Positions 29,556-41,199 of a stretch of DNA of 64,000 nucleotides are shown here, one piece after another. A model generated the notes under the pieces. The model worked only from the letters and a program-made list of their open reading frames with translations. It did no database searches and was not told where the DNA came from. The DNA comes from an uncultured Clostridia bacterium (GTDB lineage Bacteria; Bacillota; Clostridia; Christensenellales; QALW01), in assembly GCA_958448705.1 (NCBI GenBank), contig CAUDEY010000001.1:177924-241923 (forward strand), given 5' to 3'. The position numbers were made by a program, and so were the translations under genes. How positions within the stretch are numbered: position 1 is the first letter of the stretch; the number at the start of each line of letters is the position of its first letter.

Positions 29556-29668
29556 AACAGCGCAAAGATTTTTATACTGTTTTCTATACAAAAGTTTTTT
29601 ACCCTATACGCACCCGAAAAAGCCTGTGCGTTTTTTACTATTTCCCTTATAGCAGAATGGAGCTTATT

Positions 29669-31198
29669 ATGAAAATTCCCGGTATTTCATTTACAATTTC
29701 AGAGGATACCTGCAGTGAACTGAAGCAGCGCATCGATTCGTTTACCTTTAAGCCGCATGTATACAAATACGGTATGGTTGCCAAGGTAAGTGACGGTGTT
29801 ACCCGTATTACCGAGCTCTCGGGCCGGTGTTACGGCGAATTACTGGAATTCAGCAACGGCGTATTCGGTATGGTACTGGATTTGGAAGAAGACGGAGTCG
29901 GCGCAGTTATTCTAAACGCAGGGGACACCGTGAGCGTAGGGGACACTGTGCGCGGTACCGGACATACGATCGATGTTCCCGTAGGCGAATGTATACTGGG
30001 CCGAGTGATCGACCCCATCGGCAAGCCCTTAGACGGTAAGCCTTTAAATGCCGCAGAGTATTATCCCGTAGAACGCAAAGCCCCCTCTATCATAGACCGC
30101 AGTCCCGTAAACCGTCCTTTGGAGACAGGAATCCTCGCGATTGACAGTATGATCCCCATCGGCCGCGGTCAGCGCGAACTGATTATCGGTGACCGGCAAA
30201 CCGGCAAAACAACGATCGCTTTAGATACGATTCTGAATCAAAAGGGCAAAAATGTCTTGTGTATTTACTGCGCCATCGGTCAAAAAGCTTCAAACATTGC
30301 CCAAACCATACAAAAGCTTCAGACTGCGGGAGCAATGGAATACTCCATAGTAGTCGCTTCTACTGCAAGCGACAGCGCCGCAATGCAATATCTTGCTCCC
30401 TATGCAGCCTGCTCCATTGCCGAATATTTTATGGAAAGAGGGCGTGATGTTTTAGTTGTATATGACGACCTCTCCAAGCACGCTATCGCCTACCGGACCA
30501 TGTCCCTGCTGCTGCATCGGCCGCCGGGACGGGAAGCATATCCCGGCGATGTATTTTATCTGCATTCCCGCCTGCTGGAACGCTCTGCACAGCTTTCCCC
30601 ATCGCTTGGCGGCGGTTCCATGACGGCACTGCCGATCATTGAAACCATGGGCGGAAATATTTCCGCCTATATTCCCACGAATGTAATTTCTATTACCGAC
30701 GGACAAATTTATTTAGAGAGCGAACTTTTTCACAGCGGCATCCGTCCGGCGGTAAACACCGGACTCTCCGTTTCGCGTGTAGGCCGTTCGGCCCAGCATG
30801 CAGCTATGCGCGCAGTGTCGGGTTCTTTGAGAATTGAATTGGCTCAATACCGTGAAATGGCCGTATTTGCACGCTTCGGCTCGGATATCGACGAAGCGAC
30901 CAAAGAACTGCTGCACCGGGGCGAATGCTTGACCTATCTTTTAAACCAGAAAAAAGGCGCCACCTATTCCCTGGCACAAGAGGTCATTCTGCTGCTGGCC
31001 TTTCAGGAGAGGGCCTTCAAAGGCGTACCCGTTTCAGCGCTGCCCTGTGCTATTTCTTCTTTATTTGATTTTATTCATAAGAATGCATCCAGCACGGAAA
31101 TTGAAATCAATAATACCGGCGCTCTTTCAAATGAAATACAGCAGCAGTTGAAAGAAGTCCTGGCCCAATGGAGCAAAAATTATGAAAAATCTGAATGA
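29669..31198 (+). CDS. atpA: F0F1 ATP synthase subunit alpha
   Basis: Walker A GDRQTGKT. ATG 29669 lies 7 nt after GGAG; ATG 29657 is the alternative. Confidence 0.95.
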   Translation: MKIPGISFTISEDTCSELKQRIDSFTFKPHVYKYGMVAKVSDGVTRITELSGRCYGELLEFSNGVFGMVLDLEEDGVGAVILNAGDTVSVGDTVRGTGHTIDVPVGECILGRVIDPIGKPLDGKPLNAAEYYPVERKAPSIIDRSPVNRPLETGILAIDSMIPIGRGQRELIIGDRQTGKTTIALDTILNQKGKNVLCIYCAIGQKASNIAQTIQKLQTAGAMEYSIVVASTASDSAAMQYLAPYAACSIAEYFMERGRDVLVVYDDLSKHAIAYRTMSLLLHRPPGREAYPGDVFYLHSRLLERSAQLSPSLGGGSMTALPIIETMGGNISAYIPTNVISITDGQIYLESELFHSGIRPAVNTGLSVSRVGRSAQHAAMRAVSGSLRIELAQYREMAVFARFGSDIDEATKELLHRGECLTYLLNQKKGATYSLAQEVILLLAFQERAFKGVPVSALPCAISSLFDFIHKNASSTEIEINNTGALSNEIQQQLKEVLAQWSKNYEKSE

Positions 31199-32054
31199 AA
31201 TCCGCCAACACCAACGGGCAGTAGAGCAAACACGGCAGATCACGAACGCCATGTATTTGCTCTCCACCTCCCGCATGCGCAAAGCGATGCTGCGTGTTGA
31301 TTATAACCTTACCTATATGAACCGGCTGCGCGCTACGATCAAAGATATTCTTTTAAAATCCGAATCACTGCAGCACTTATATGCCGGGCTTGAAAGTCAC
31401 GGAAAAGCACTTTTTATTGTAATTTCCAGCGATAAAGGCATGTGCGGTTCCTATAATTCTTCTGTTTTAAATTTAGCCATGGAAAAACTGCAGCAGTTTC
31501 CTTCCGGCCAGGTCGGATCAATCGGCCTGTTCGGCAATGAATATTTTGCTTCGCATAAAATAGAACCGGTAGTAGAATGGTTCGGGGCCTCACAAAAGCC
31601 ATCTTTGTTCTACGCCCGCCAGATCGGGGAAGGCGCATTGAATATGTACATGCAGAATGCAGTAGATGAAGTATACGTCGTATACACGCACTACAAAAAC
31701 GTAAGCATACAAACACCGCGGTGTATCCGCCTTCTTCCGCTGAACATCCGCGATTTCGACGATATCAGCGTCGAATACGAATACTCCGCCGATGTGCTCT
31801 ATTCCCCTACCCCTGAAAAAGTATTCGACCGCATCGTGCCGCAGTACGTGATCGGTATGATTTACGATATGCTGAATCTCTCCTCCGCGTCCGAGCACGC
31901 AGCACGTATGAACGCCATGCAAAACGCTACCAATAACGCCGATAAAATGCTCCGCAGCCTGAAAGACGAATACAATGCCACCAGGCAGCTGGCCATCACA
32001 AACGAAATTACCGAAATAGCCGCCTCCAGCGAGCTGTTGCGAAGATCTGTTTAA
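31182..32054 (+). CDS. atpG: F0F1 ATP synthase subunit gamma
   Basis: 290 aa. The C-terminus ITNEITEIAASSE is typical of gamma. Confidence 0.9.
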   Translation: MKNLNEIRQHQRAVEQTRQITNAMYLLSTSRMRKAMLRVDYNLTYMNRLRATIKDILLKSESLQHLYAGLESHGKALFIVISSDKGMCGSYNSSVLNLAMEKLQQFPSGQVGSIGLFGNEYFASHKIEPVVEWFGASQKPSLFYARQIGEGALNMYMQNAVDEVYVVYTHYKNVSIQTPRCIRLLPLNIRDFDDISVEYEYSADVLYSPTPEKVFDRIVPQYVIGMIYDMLNLSSASEHAARMNAMQNATNNADKMLRSLKDEYNATRQLAITNEITEIAASSELLRRSV

Positions 32055-33844
<1,790 letters not shown>

Positions 33845-33845
33845 T

Positions 33846-33876
33846 AAAGCCTTCCCTGCAGGAAGGCTTTATTTTA
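33846..33876 (+). terminator. atp operon terminator
   Basis: AAAGCCTTCC-CTGCA-GGAAGGCTTT followed by ATTTTAT. Confidence 0.8.
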
Positions 33877-33988
33877 TAAAGGCTGAACCCGGTATTTTAC
33901 AGGCAGCCTTCCTATTTTTTCTGCCGGCGGGCAGCCGCATGTTCGCTGCGCCGGCCAAAACCACTTTGCTCTGCCCGTCCAAAGAGAT

Positions 33989-35908
33989 TTACAGCTCATT
34001 GACCGGCGGACGGCAGGAAAAATTTCGGCAAACGTAAAATGTCGTTTTATCATTTAGCAGAGGATATGCTTCGGATGGTTCAAAGAGCACGGTCACCAGT
34101 TCATCATACCGGAATTTTTTCTTTAATTTTTCAAGTTCTTCCGTCTGCTTTAATACAACGGTCACATGTGCCGGAGGAAATTCTTTCATCAAAAGCGCTA
34201 AATAGTAAAAGCTTTGCCCCGTACCCGCGCGCCCGGCACACGCATAAAGCTGTTCCCGGGCCTTTCGTTCAATATCACGGTCCTCAAACAGCAGAGAGAG
34301 TTTTACCAGATTATAAGCCATTACCGAATTGCCACTGGGAGCCGCGCCGTCATAAAATTCCTTTGTTTCAAAAACAAGCTTTCGTTCCTCTTTGCCGCTG
34401 AAATAAAATCCACCGTATTCGGCATCACTGAAATCAGAAATAACTTTTGTGCACAGGTCCAGCGCCTGAACCAAATAGTCCTGTATAAAAAAAGTTTCAT
34501 ACATCTCCAGCAATGCAAAAGCGGTAAACGCATAATCGTCCAAAAATCCTTTGCCGCTGAGAATACCTTCGCAGCTTCCGTGAAAAAGCGTTCCCTTTCG
34601 GTAAAGCTCTGCATTCAGAAAGGCTGCGCATTCCTTTGCGGCGCTGCCGTATCGTTCATCCCCGGAAGCACGATACAGCCGTGCCAATGCCGCTATGGTC
34701 AGCGCATTCCAGGCGGTAAGAATTTTTTTATCCGTCTGTAATTCCATCCGTCGGCAGCGATACCGATATAACTTTTCCAGTGTCTCCTTTGAGGCCTCCT
34801 GCGAATCTGCTCCCAGCAGATTCGGAATACTTCTCCCCTCAAAATTCCCCTCCGGTATAACACCGTAATTCCTGCAAAAGCTTCTGCCTTCCTCCGTACC
34901 CAAAACATCCAGGATTTCCCGGGGCTCAAACACATAATACCTGCCCTCGCCGCCGGCACTATCGGCATCCTGTGCACTAAAGAATGCTCCTTCAGGCGCA
35001 GCCATCTCCCGCAAAAGATAATCTGCGGTTTTTTCTGCTACTTTTTTATAAAATTCATTCTGTGTAATAAAAAATGCTTCCGTATACGTTAAAATCAGCA
35101 AAGCATTATCATAGAGCATCTTTTCAAAATGAGGTACAAGAAAATACCGGTCTGTGGAATACCGGCAAAATCCATAGCCGATATGATCAAAAATACCGCC
35201 GCGGTACATCTGCCGCAAGGTTTTTTCCACCATAGATAAAATTTGAGAATCTTCTGTTTTTTGTGAATACGCCAATAAAAACAGCAAATCACAGGGCATA
35301 GGAAATTTGGGGGAACGGCCAAACCCCCCGAACCTATCATCAAAGCTGCTTTTCAGCACCGCTGCCGCCTCTTCCGCTAAAGAAAACTCTGCTTTACGTT
35401 CTTCTTTTTGCTGTTTTGAAAAAAGCAATGTAATCTCCTGTGCAGAGGAAAGCAGTGCTTCTCTATCCTTTTGCCATCGGTCTTTTATTGTAAAAAGCAA
35501 ATCCATAAACCCTGGTAAGCCGACGCGGGCCTTTGGGGGAAAATACGTTCCGGCAAAAAATGGTTTTTGATCCGGCGTCATAAAAATGCTGGCGGGCCAT
35601 CCGCCGCTGCCAGTAAAGGCCTGACACACAGGCATATAAGCACTGTCAATATCCGGCCGCTCCTCACGGTCCACCTTAATGGAGATAAAATAGCGGTTCA
35701 AAAGTGCAGCTACAGCTTCATCCTCAAAGCTTTCATGGGCCATTACATGGCACCAATGGCAGGTACTGTAGCCAATACTCAAGAATACAGGTTTATCTTC
35801 CCGTTTTGCTTTTAAAAAAGCTTCCTCCCCCCAGGGATACCAATCCACAGGATTTTCACTGTGCTGCAAAAGATACGGACTGCTTTGATCGGCTAAATGA
35901 TTTTTCAT
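33989..35908 (-). CDS. thioredoxin-domain protein, YyaL/DUF255 family (N-terminal Trx-like plus (alpha/alpha)6 domain)
   Basis: [22 protein letters not shown]...STCHWCHVM motif. ATG 35908 follows GAGGTGAGG. Confidence 0.85.
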   Translation of the reverse strand: MKNHLADQSSPYLLQHSENPVDWYPWGEEAFLKAKREDKPVFLSIGYSTCHWCHVMAHESFEDEAVAALLNRYFISIKVDREERPDIDSAYMPVCQAFTGSGGWPASIFMTPDQKPFFAGTYFPPKARVGLPGFMDLLFTIKDRWQKDREALLSSAQEITLLFSKQQKEERKAEFSLAEEAAAVLKSSFDDRFGGFGRSPKFPMPCDLLFLLAYSQKTEDSQILSMVEKTLRQMYRGGIFDHIGYGFCRYSTDRYFLVPHFEKMLYDNALLILTYTEAFFITQNEFYKKVAEKTADYLLREMAAPEGAFFSAQDADSAGGEGRYYVFEPREILDVLGTEEGRSFCRNYGVIPEGNFEGRSIPNLLGADSQEASKETLEKLYRYRCRRMELQTDKKILTAWNALTIAALARLYRASGDERYGSAAKECAAFLNAELYRKGTLFHGSCEGILSGKGFLDDYAFTAFALLEMYETFFIQDYLVQALDLCTKVISDFSDAEYGGFYFSGKEERKLVFETKEFYDGAAPSGNSVMAYNLVKLSLLFEDRDIERKAREQLYACAGRAGTGQSFYYLALLMKEFPPAHVTVVLKQTEELEKLKKKFRYDELVTVLFEPSEAYPLLNDKTTFYVCRNFSCRPPVNEL

Positions 35909-36040
35909 ATTCCTCACCTCAGCACTATTATTTCCTGTTTTACCTTATTTTTTCAAAAATCACAAAACAATAATATGCTTTTTCTTGAATCTGCCGCCAA
36001 ACTGTGCTAAAATAAAAAAAAGATCGTGTGGTGAGCAGCA

Positions 36041-36829
36041 ATGAAAATCTTTTATGAAAACTGGCATGACCGAATCCACGTAGCAAAACGCAAGGGCTTT
36101 GCTTTTGCTAATCATATGCATGATATGGTGGAGATCGTGTATCTGACAAAAGGAACCGTGGATGTCAGTTGCAACGGTGCCTGCTACCGACTTAGGCCGG
36201 GCGAACTCTTTATTGTTTTTCCCAACCTGATGCACGCATACTCCCATACGGAAGCCGTGGCAGGCTACTTTGCCATCTTTGAATCAAATATCCTAAAAAG
36301 CTTTGGGGAAAGCTTTTCCTCCCGGATACCTGTGCATCCCATCGTGAGTGCAGAAGCTCTTTCACCTAAAATTCCTCTGCTTTTTGAAGAAGCGATAGAA
36401 ACTTTTGTCAATGACGGGCCCTTTAAAAACCAAAAACTTTTCGCCTTAATGATACTGCTGCTTTCACAGGTATTGGAAAAACTAAAATTTTGTAAAAATA
36501 AAACTCTAAATATGGATACCGCCTCTCAGATTTTTGCCTACTGCAATGAAAACTTCAGTGAAAGCATCCATCTGGATTCAGTAGCCGACGCGCTTTCCAT
36601 CAGCAAATATCATATTATTAGAATTTTCAGAGAAAAGCTGAACACAACCTTTCAAGCCTATATCAACAGACTCCGCATCGAAAAAGCAAAGCAGCTTCTA
36701 ACAGAAACTTCCGATTCCATTACAGAAATTTCCATAAAAACCGGCTACAATACGATCCGCAGCTTTAATCGGGCTTTTTTAGCCGATACCGGACTTTCTC
36801 CTTCTCAATACCGGAAGCTGGAAAAATAA
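36041..36829 (+). CDS. AraC family transcriptional regulator
   Basis: Cupin-like N-terminus and AraC HTH C-terminus (TGYNTIRSFNRAFLADTGLSPSQYR). Lies upstream of the GH3 gene. Confidence 0.85.
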   Translation: MKIFYENWHDRIHVAKRKGFAFANHMHDMVEIVYLTKGTVDVSCNGACYRLRPGELFIVFPNLMHAYSHTEAVAGYFAIFESNILKSFGESFSSRIPVHPIVSAEALSPKIPLLFEEAIETFVNDGPFKNQKLFALMILLLSQVLEKLKFCKNKTLNMDTASQIFAYCNENFSESIHLDSVADALSISKYHIIRIFREKLNTTFQAYINRLRIEKAKQLLTETSDSITEISIKTGYNTIRSFNRAFLADTGLSPSQYRKLEK

Positions 36830-36943
36830 AAGTGAAATTTCGCCACTTTACGTCTAATGGCCTTTCAGAAAATGTCTTGCATTTTCCGAAAGGTTTTTTT
36901 ACACTTATTTATGAGAAAATAATAAATTTTTTTTGAAAGGAAG

Positions 36944-39900
36944 ATGACTATGAAATTTATAAAAAGGCTCGGCGCAGTTGCATTAGCTGCAGCAGTGGCA
37001 TTGTGCATTTTGCCCTCACCTGCTGCATCGGCCGCAGCCAATCCCAATGGCAGCGCCGTAGCACGCCAAATTATGGATGAGGGTATGGTGCTTTTAAAAA
37101 ACCAGAACAACGCCCTGCCATTAACGCATTCGAAAACGATCGCACTCTTCGGGGAATCACAGGTAGCGGCATATAACAATTCCGTCGATACGCTGACGCC
37201 CCAGAACGGCTATATTGCATTTGGTGCCGGTTCCGCCAAAGCACTGGGAAGTTCAAAAATGGTCGCACCGCTGGACGCGTTCCGCGAAGCGCAGAGCAAT
37301 GGTGAAATCACCCTTTTTGAAGAGCTTTCTCAAAAATATGAAGCAAATCCTAAATATATTCCGGACGAAGCCATGTATAATGCTGCAGCTGCGGCCTGTG
37401 ATACCGCAGTCGTCTTTATCCGCCGCTGGGTAGGAGAATGCATTGATATGAAAAAAGAAGATTGGTATCTGTCTACAGCGGAAAAGCAGATGCTGACAAC
37501 ACTCACCCAAAAATTTGCCACGGTAATCGCCGTGCTGAACACACCCGCACCAATCGATACTTCCTGGGCTGTAGGTGACGTTCCTGGCATCGATATCGAT
37601 GCCGTACTGTTTGCCGGCTATGGCGGCGCCCAGGGCGGCTACGGAATTGCCGACGTCCTTTTAGGCAAAGTGAATCCCTCCGGTAAATTAGTGGATACCT
37701 ATGCCAAAGATCTGTATGATTATCCTACTACAGAAACCTTTTTCAGCAATAGCACCGTGGAATACCGCGAAGATATTTTCCTGGGCTACCGGTATTTTGA
37801 AACCTTTGACCCTACATATTCCAAAGTCAATTATGAATTTGGATTCGGCCTTTCCTATACGGATTTTACTTTGACGACAGAAGATTTTTCTTCTGACGGC
37901 GAAACAGCAACGATAAAAGTAAAAGTAAAAAATACCGGCGCAGTTTCCGGAAAGGAAACCGTACAGGTGTACTTTTCCGCACCCCAAAAAGGAACAGGAA
38001 GCGCCAAACTCAGTAAGGCCGCAAAGGAGCTCTGTGCCTTTGAAAAAACTAAACTCCTTCCCCCCGGTGCTGAACAAACGCTTACCCTTACCTTTGCGAT
38101 AAATGACATGGCGCAGTATGATGATACCGGCGCTGCCGGCCATAAATCTGCCTACATACTGGAAGCCGGAGAATACGGTATATTTGTAGGAAACTCTATT
38201 AAAGACGCGGGTACACGCCGCGCCGGAACTATTGTGATCGACGAAGTAAAAGTAATAGAACAGCTGACCGAGCAGTGCAGTACCAATCTGAACGAACGTT
38301 TAACTGCCGACGGCACTTATGAATCCCTGCATCAAAGCACCCCGGAAAGCATCCTGCTGGAAGCCGGCGGAACCCTGACGGTTGAAGCAGAAAACTATAT
38401 CTCCACAAGCTCCTCCAACCAAAATTATAAACCAACCGCCGAAAGCTTCAGCGGATACCTATATCAGCCAGAAACAGGCTCCTGGGAAATGTATGCGGGC
38501 AAAAGCTTAGGTACACTTTGGCCTGCTGACTCCAACGCTGTTTATCAAATAGAAGTTGAGGAGGCCGGCGTCTATGCCGTCACCTTCCGCGTTGCCTCAA
38601 ATTCGGAAAACAATAGCTTTGATGTTTTAACTTCCACTGACGGCAATACATATACTTCACAGAATCTGCCGATCTCCATGCCCAACACCTATGCATTGGG
38701 CGGAAACAAATCACAATATTTCAGCTTTATGGATATCAGCGGTTATGCCCTTTCCCTGCAAAAGGGAACCAACTATATTAAAATTGCCAAGAAGGTCTCC
38801 AGTACTGCGCCGAATATCGATTCCTTCACCCTTTCCGGCGATACTATCTTTTGCGAGGCGGAAAATTTTATTGAGGCCGATTCCTCAAATAATACCTATA
38901 AACCTAAAAAAGAGAGTTTTACCGGCTATCTTTACAACGCTGCGGCAAATTCCTGGCAAGCATATTCAGGGGAAGTCCTTGCGCAAATGTGGCCGGCCGG
39001 TTCCTATGCAATCTATCAGATCCATGCGCCGAAGGACGGTATTTACGGCCTAACCCTCCGGGTAGCATCCAATAAAGATACCAGCAGCAATTCTTTCGGT
39101 ATCGCTGTTGCACCGGAAAACGGCAATTTCACAACAAAAGAAATCTCCATACAAATTCCCAATACCAATACCCTTTCGGAAGGAAAAAGCCAGTATCACA
39201 GCTATATCGATACACAGGCCTGCGCCGTAGAGTTGCATGAAGGAATCAATTACATAAAAATATTCACACTCACCACGAGCGTTCCCAATATCGATTCCTT
39301 TACCTTTACTTTAAAAAAAGAAGAGCTGCGCTATGCAGCAGCAGGATATCTCTCAGCCGATTCCGACACCGCGGCAAAACCCAAAATCGAAAGCTTTTCC
39401 GATGGCTGCCTGCGCAGCGAACCCTCCAATACCTGGGAAAGTTACAGCGGAAAAGCCTTGGCCAGTATGTATGGAGACGGCGCTTACGCGGTGTATGCGC
39501 TCCAAGTTCCCCAAACCGGTCAATATTCCGTTCGTTTCCGTATCGCTTCGGGGCGGGACAATGCTGACAATTCCTTTGATATCGCGCTTTCGGATGACAA
39601 CAGTGTGTATACGCCGCAAAACCTTTCCATTGCTGTACCCAATACGGCTGCATTAAGCGGAAAATCCACCTGGCACAGCTACATCGATACACAAGAGTAT
39701 ACCATTTCCCTGCAGGAAGGAATCAACTATCTTAAAATTTTACGGAAGACTACCGCAATTCCCAATATCGAATCTTTTGTTCTCTCCCTGCAAGCGGATA
39801 CCCCCGGCGCCGCGCCGCAGGAGCCTGAGCAAACGGGAGATATCATAAAACTGGAAGATGTTTCCGAAGGCAGAGCCACTTTAGAGGACTTTACCGCGCA

Positions 39901-40996
39901 GATGACTACCGCGGAATTGGCAACATTCTTTGTCTCCTACCGCGGCGCCGGGGCCGGAGAGGCCGGCGGCAGCGACGAAGTCTGCACCAAATACGGAATC
40001 AAGCGCATCAATATGTATGATGGACCCAGCGGGCTGGGCAGCAGCGGAACCTCCTGGCCGTGCCAAACGATCGTAGCCTGCACCTGGAATGTAGACTTGG
40101 CCAGCGCTATGGGCCTGGTAATCGGCGCCGAAGGTTATGTAAACCGCGTAGACCTTTGGCTGGCCCCCGGCCTCAACCTGCATAGAAATCCGCTGGCAGG
40201 CAGGAACTTTGAATACTACTCCGAAGATCCCTATCTTACTGCAGTTTTGGGTACGGCCGTAACAAAAGCAGCCCAGAGCATGGGCTTAGGCGTATGCATC
40301 AAACACTTTGTATGCAATGAAAAAGAAGCGGGCAAATTGGGCAGCGATTCCAGGGTATCAGAACGCGCCCTGCGGGAACTGTATCTATATCCGTTTGAAA
40401 AAACGGTAAAAGAAGCAAAGCCTTTGGCAGTTATGAGTTCCTATAACATTTTAAACGGAATTGCCGTTTCGGAAAACGCGTCCCTTTTAACAAACATCCT
40501 GCGCGGCGAATGGGGCTTTGAGGGGTTTGTTTCCGGTGACTGGAACAATAATAAAAATGCTGTTGCCGAAGTAAATGCCGGTAATACCGTGCGTCAGCCG
40601 GCATCCATGTGCAATATTGACGACCTTCTCCAGGCAATCCAGGCAGGAAAGATCACCCGTGAAACCTTGGAGGCAGGCGCACAGGATATTCTGTATTCCA
40701 TAATGCGCATGCGTGCTTATTATACAACAGTAAATCTGTGCGGCGGGAATCATACGTTCACAGACGGCATATGTACACGCTGCCACTGTGTAGACGAAAC
40801 ACGTATATCAGGCTTAAACACCATATTGCTGCAAGTATTAGATGACAGCTATAGTCAAATAGTTCCGCCCTCTGAAAGCAGCAGCCCGAAAGACGCGGGC
40901 GATATCAGCCTTATCCTCCTTCTCGCTATGCTGACCGCCTGTATAGGAGGAACTGTCATATTGTTGATTAAAAAACGTAACGTCTGTAATCGCTAA
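36944..40996 (+). CDS. secreted, C-terminally membrane-anchored GH3 glycosidase with permuted domain order and three inserted CBM-like modules
   Basis: Signal peptide. GH3 C-domain (MVLLKNQNNALPL...), an Fn3-like domain, three repeats of about 155 aa, then the GH3 catalytic N-domain (KHFVCNEKE, GFVSGDW). C-terminal TM helix plus KKRN. Confidence 0.85.
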   Translation: MTMKFIKRLGAVALAAAVALCILPSPAASAAANPNGSAVARQIMDEGMVLLKNQNNALPLTHSKTIALFGESQVAAYNNSVDTLTPQNGYIAFGAGSAKALGSSKMVAPLDAFREAQSNGEITLFEELSQKYEANPKYIPDEAMYNAAAAACDTAVVFIRRWVGECIDMKKEDWYLSTAEKQMLTTLTQKFATVIAVLNTPAPIDTSWAVGDVPGIDIDAVLFAGYGGAQGGYGIADVLLGKVNPSGKLVDTYAKDLYDYPTTETFFSNSTVEYREDIFLGYRYFETFDPTYSKVNYEFGFGLSYTDFTLTTEDFSSDGETATIKVKVKNTGAVSGKETVQVYFSAPQKGTGSAKLSKAAKELCAFEKTKLLPPGAEQTLTLTFAINDMAQYDDTGAAGHKSAYILEAGEYGIFVGNSIKDAGTRRAGTIVIDEVKVIEQLTEQCSTNLNERLTADGTYESLHQSTPESILLEAGGTLTVEAENYISTSSSNQNYKPTAESFSGYLYQPETGSWEMYAGKSLGTLWPADSNAVYQIEVEEAGVYAVTFRVASNSENNSFDVLTSTDGNTYTSQNLPISMPNTYALGGNKSQYFSFMDISGYALSLQKGTNYIKIAKKVSSTAPNIDSFTLSGDTIFCEAENFIEADSSNNTYKPKKESFTGYLYNAAANSWQAYSGEVLAQMWPAGSYAIYQIHAPKDGIYGLTLRVASNKDTSSNSFGIAVAPENGNFTTKEISIQIPNTNTLSEGKSQYHSYIDTQACAVELHEGINYIKIFTLTTSVPNIDSFTFTLKKEELRYAAAGYLSADSDTAAKPKIESFSDGCLRSEPSNTWESYSGKALASMYGDGAYAVYALQVPQTGQYSVRFRIASGRDNADNSFDIALSDDNSVYTPQNLSIAVPNTAALSGKSTWHSYIDTQEYTISLQEGINYLKILRKTTAIPNIESFVLSLQADTPGAAPQEPEQTGDIIKLEDVSEGRATLEDFTAQMTTAELATFFVSYRGAGAGEAGGSDEVCTKYGIKRINMYDGPSGLGSSGTSWPCQTIVACTWNVDLASAMGLVIGAEGYVNRVDLWLAPGLNLHRNPLAGRNFEYYSEDPYLTAVLGTAVTKAAQSMGLGVCIKHFVCNEKEAGKLGSDSRVSERALRELYLYPFEKTVKEAKPLAVMSSYNILNGIAVSENASLLTNILRGEWGFEGFVSGDWNNNKNAVAEVNAGNTVRQPASMCNIDDLLQAIQAGKITRETLEAGAQDILYSIMRMRAYYTTVNLCGGNHTFTDGICTRCHCVDETRISGLNTILLQVLDDSYSQIVPPSESSSPKDAGDISLILLLAMLTACIGGTVILLIKKRNVCNR
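38381..39790 (+). repeat. three tandem coding repeats of about 470 bp (CBM6/35-like beta-sandwich modules) inside the GH3 gene
   Basis: Units start near 38381, 38851 and 39326. Shared motifs: AEN(Y/F), KP..ESF(S/T)GYL, SW..Y(A/S)G, FR(V/I)AS, NSF, NY(I/L)KI, PNI(D/E)SF. Confidence 0.8.
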
Positions 40997-41045
40997 CCTT
41001 CAAAACCTATGCCAAAAACTTGGCCGTAAAAAACACAAATAATTT

Positions 41046-41081
41046 CCAAAATCCCCCTTTACGGGGGATTTTGGTCGTTTT
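41046..41081 (+). terminator. intrinsic terminator after the GH3 gene
   Basis: CCAAAATCCCCC-TTTAC-GGGGGATTTTGG followed by TCGTTTT. Confidence 0.8.
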
Positions 41082-41199
41082 AAAAAAGTTCCGCACCTCT
41101 TTTTACTTTTCTGATTCTTTCATTTTTTATAGCAAAATTCTTTTTTTTCTGAAAGGATATGCTATAATAAGAAAAAAGTCCCGCAATGAAAGGATAACA

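Noticed and set aside
41020-41199. N-terminal extensions offered by the ORF track: decarboxylase from 41020, pyrC from 10936, pyrD from 4702, pyrE from 2981, TRIC from 63094, GH36-like from 21408, and others.
   Set aside because: The internal starts have canonical GGAGG-type RBSs and match family N-termini. The extensions run through promoters or terminators. For example, the TRIC gene's proposed TTG start is the -35 hexamer itself.
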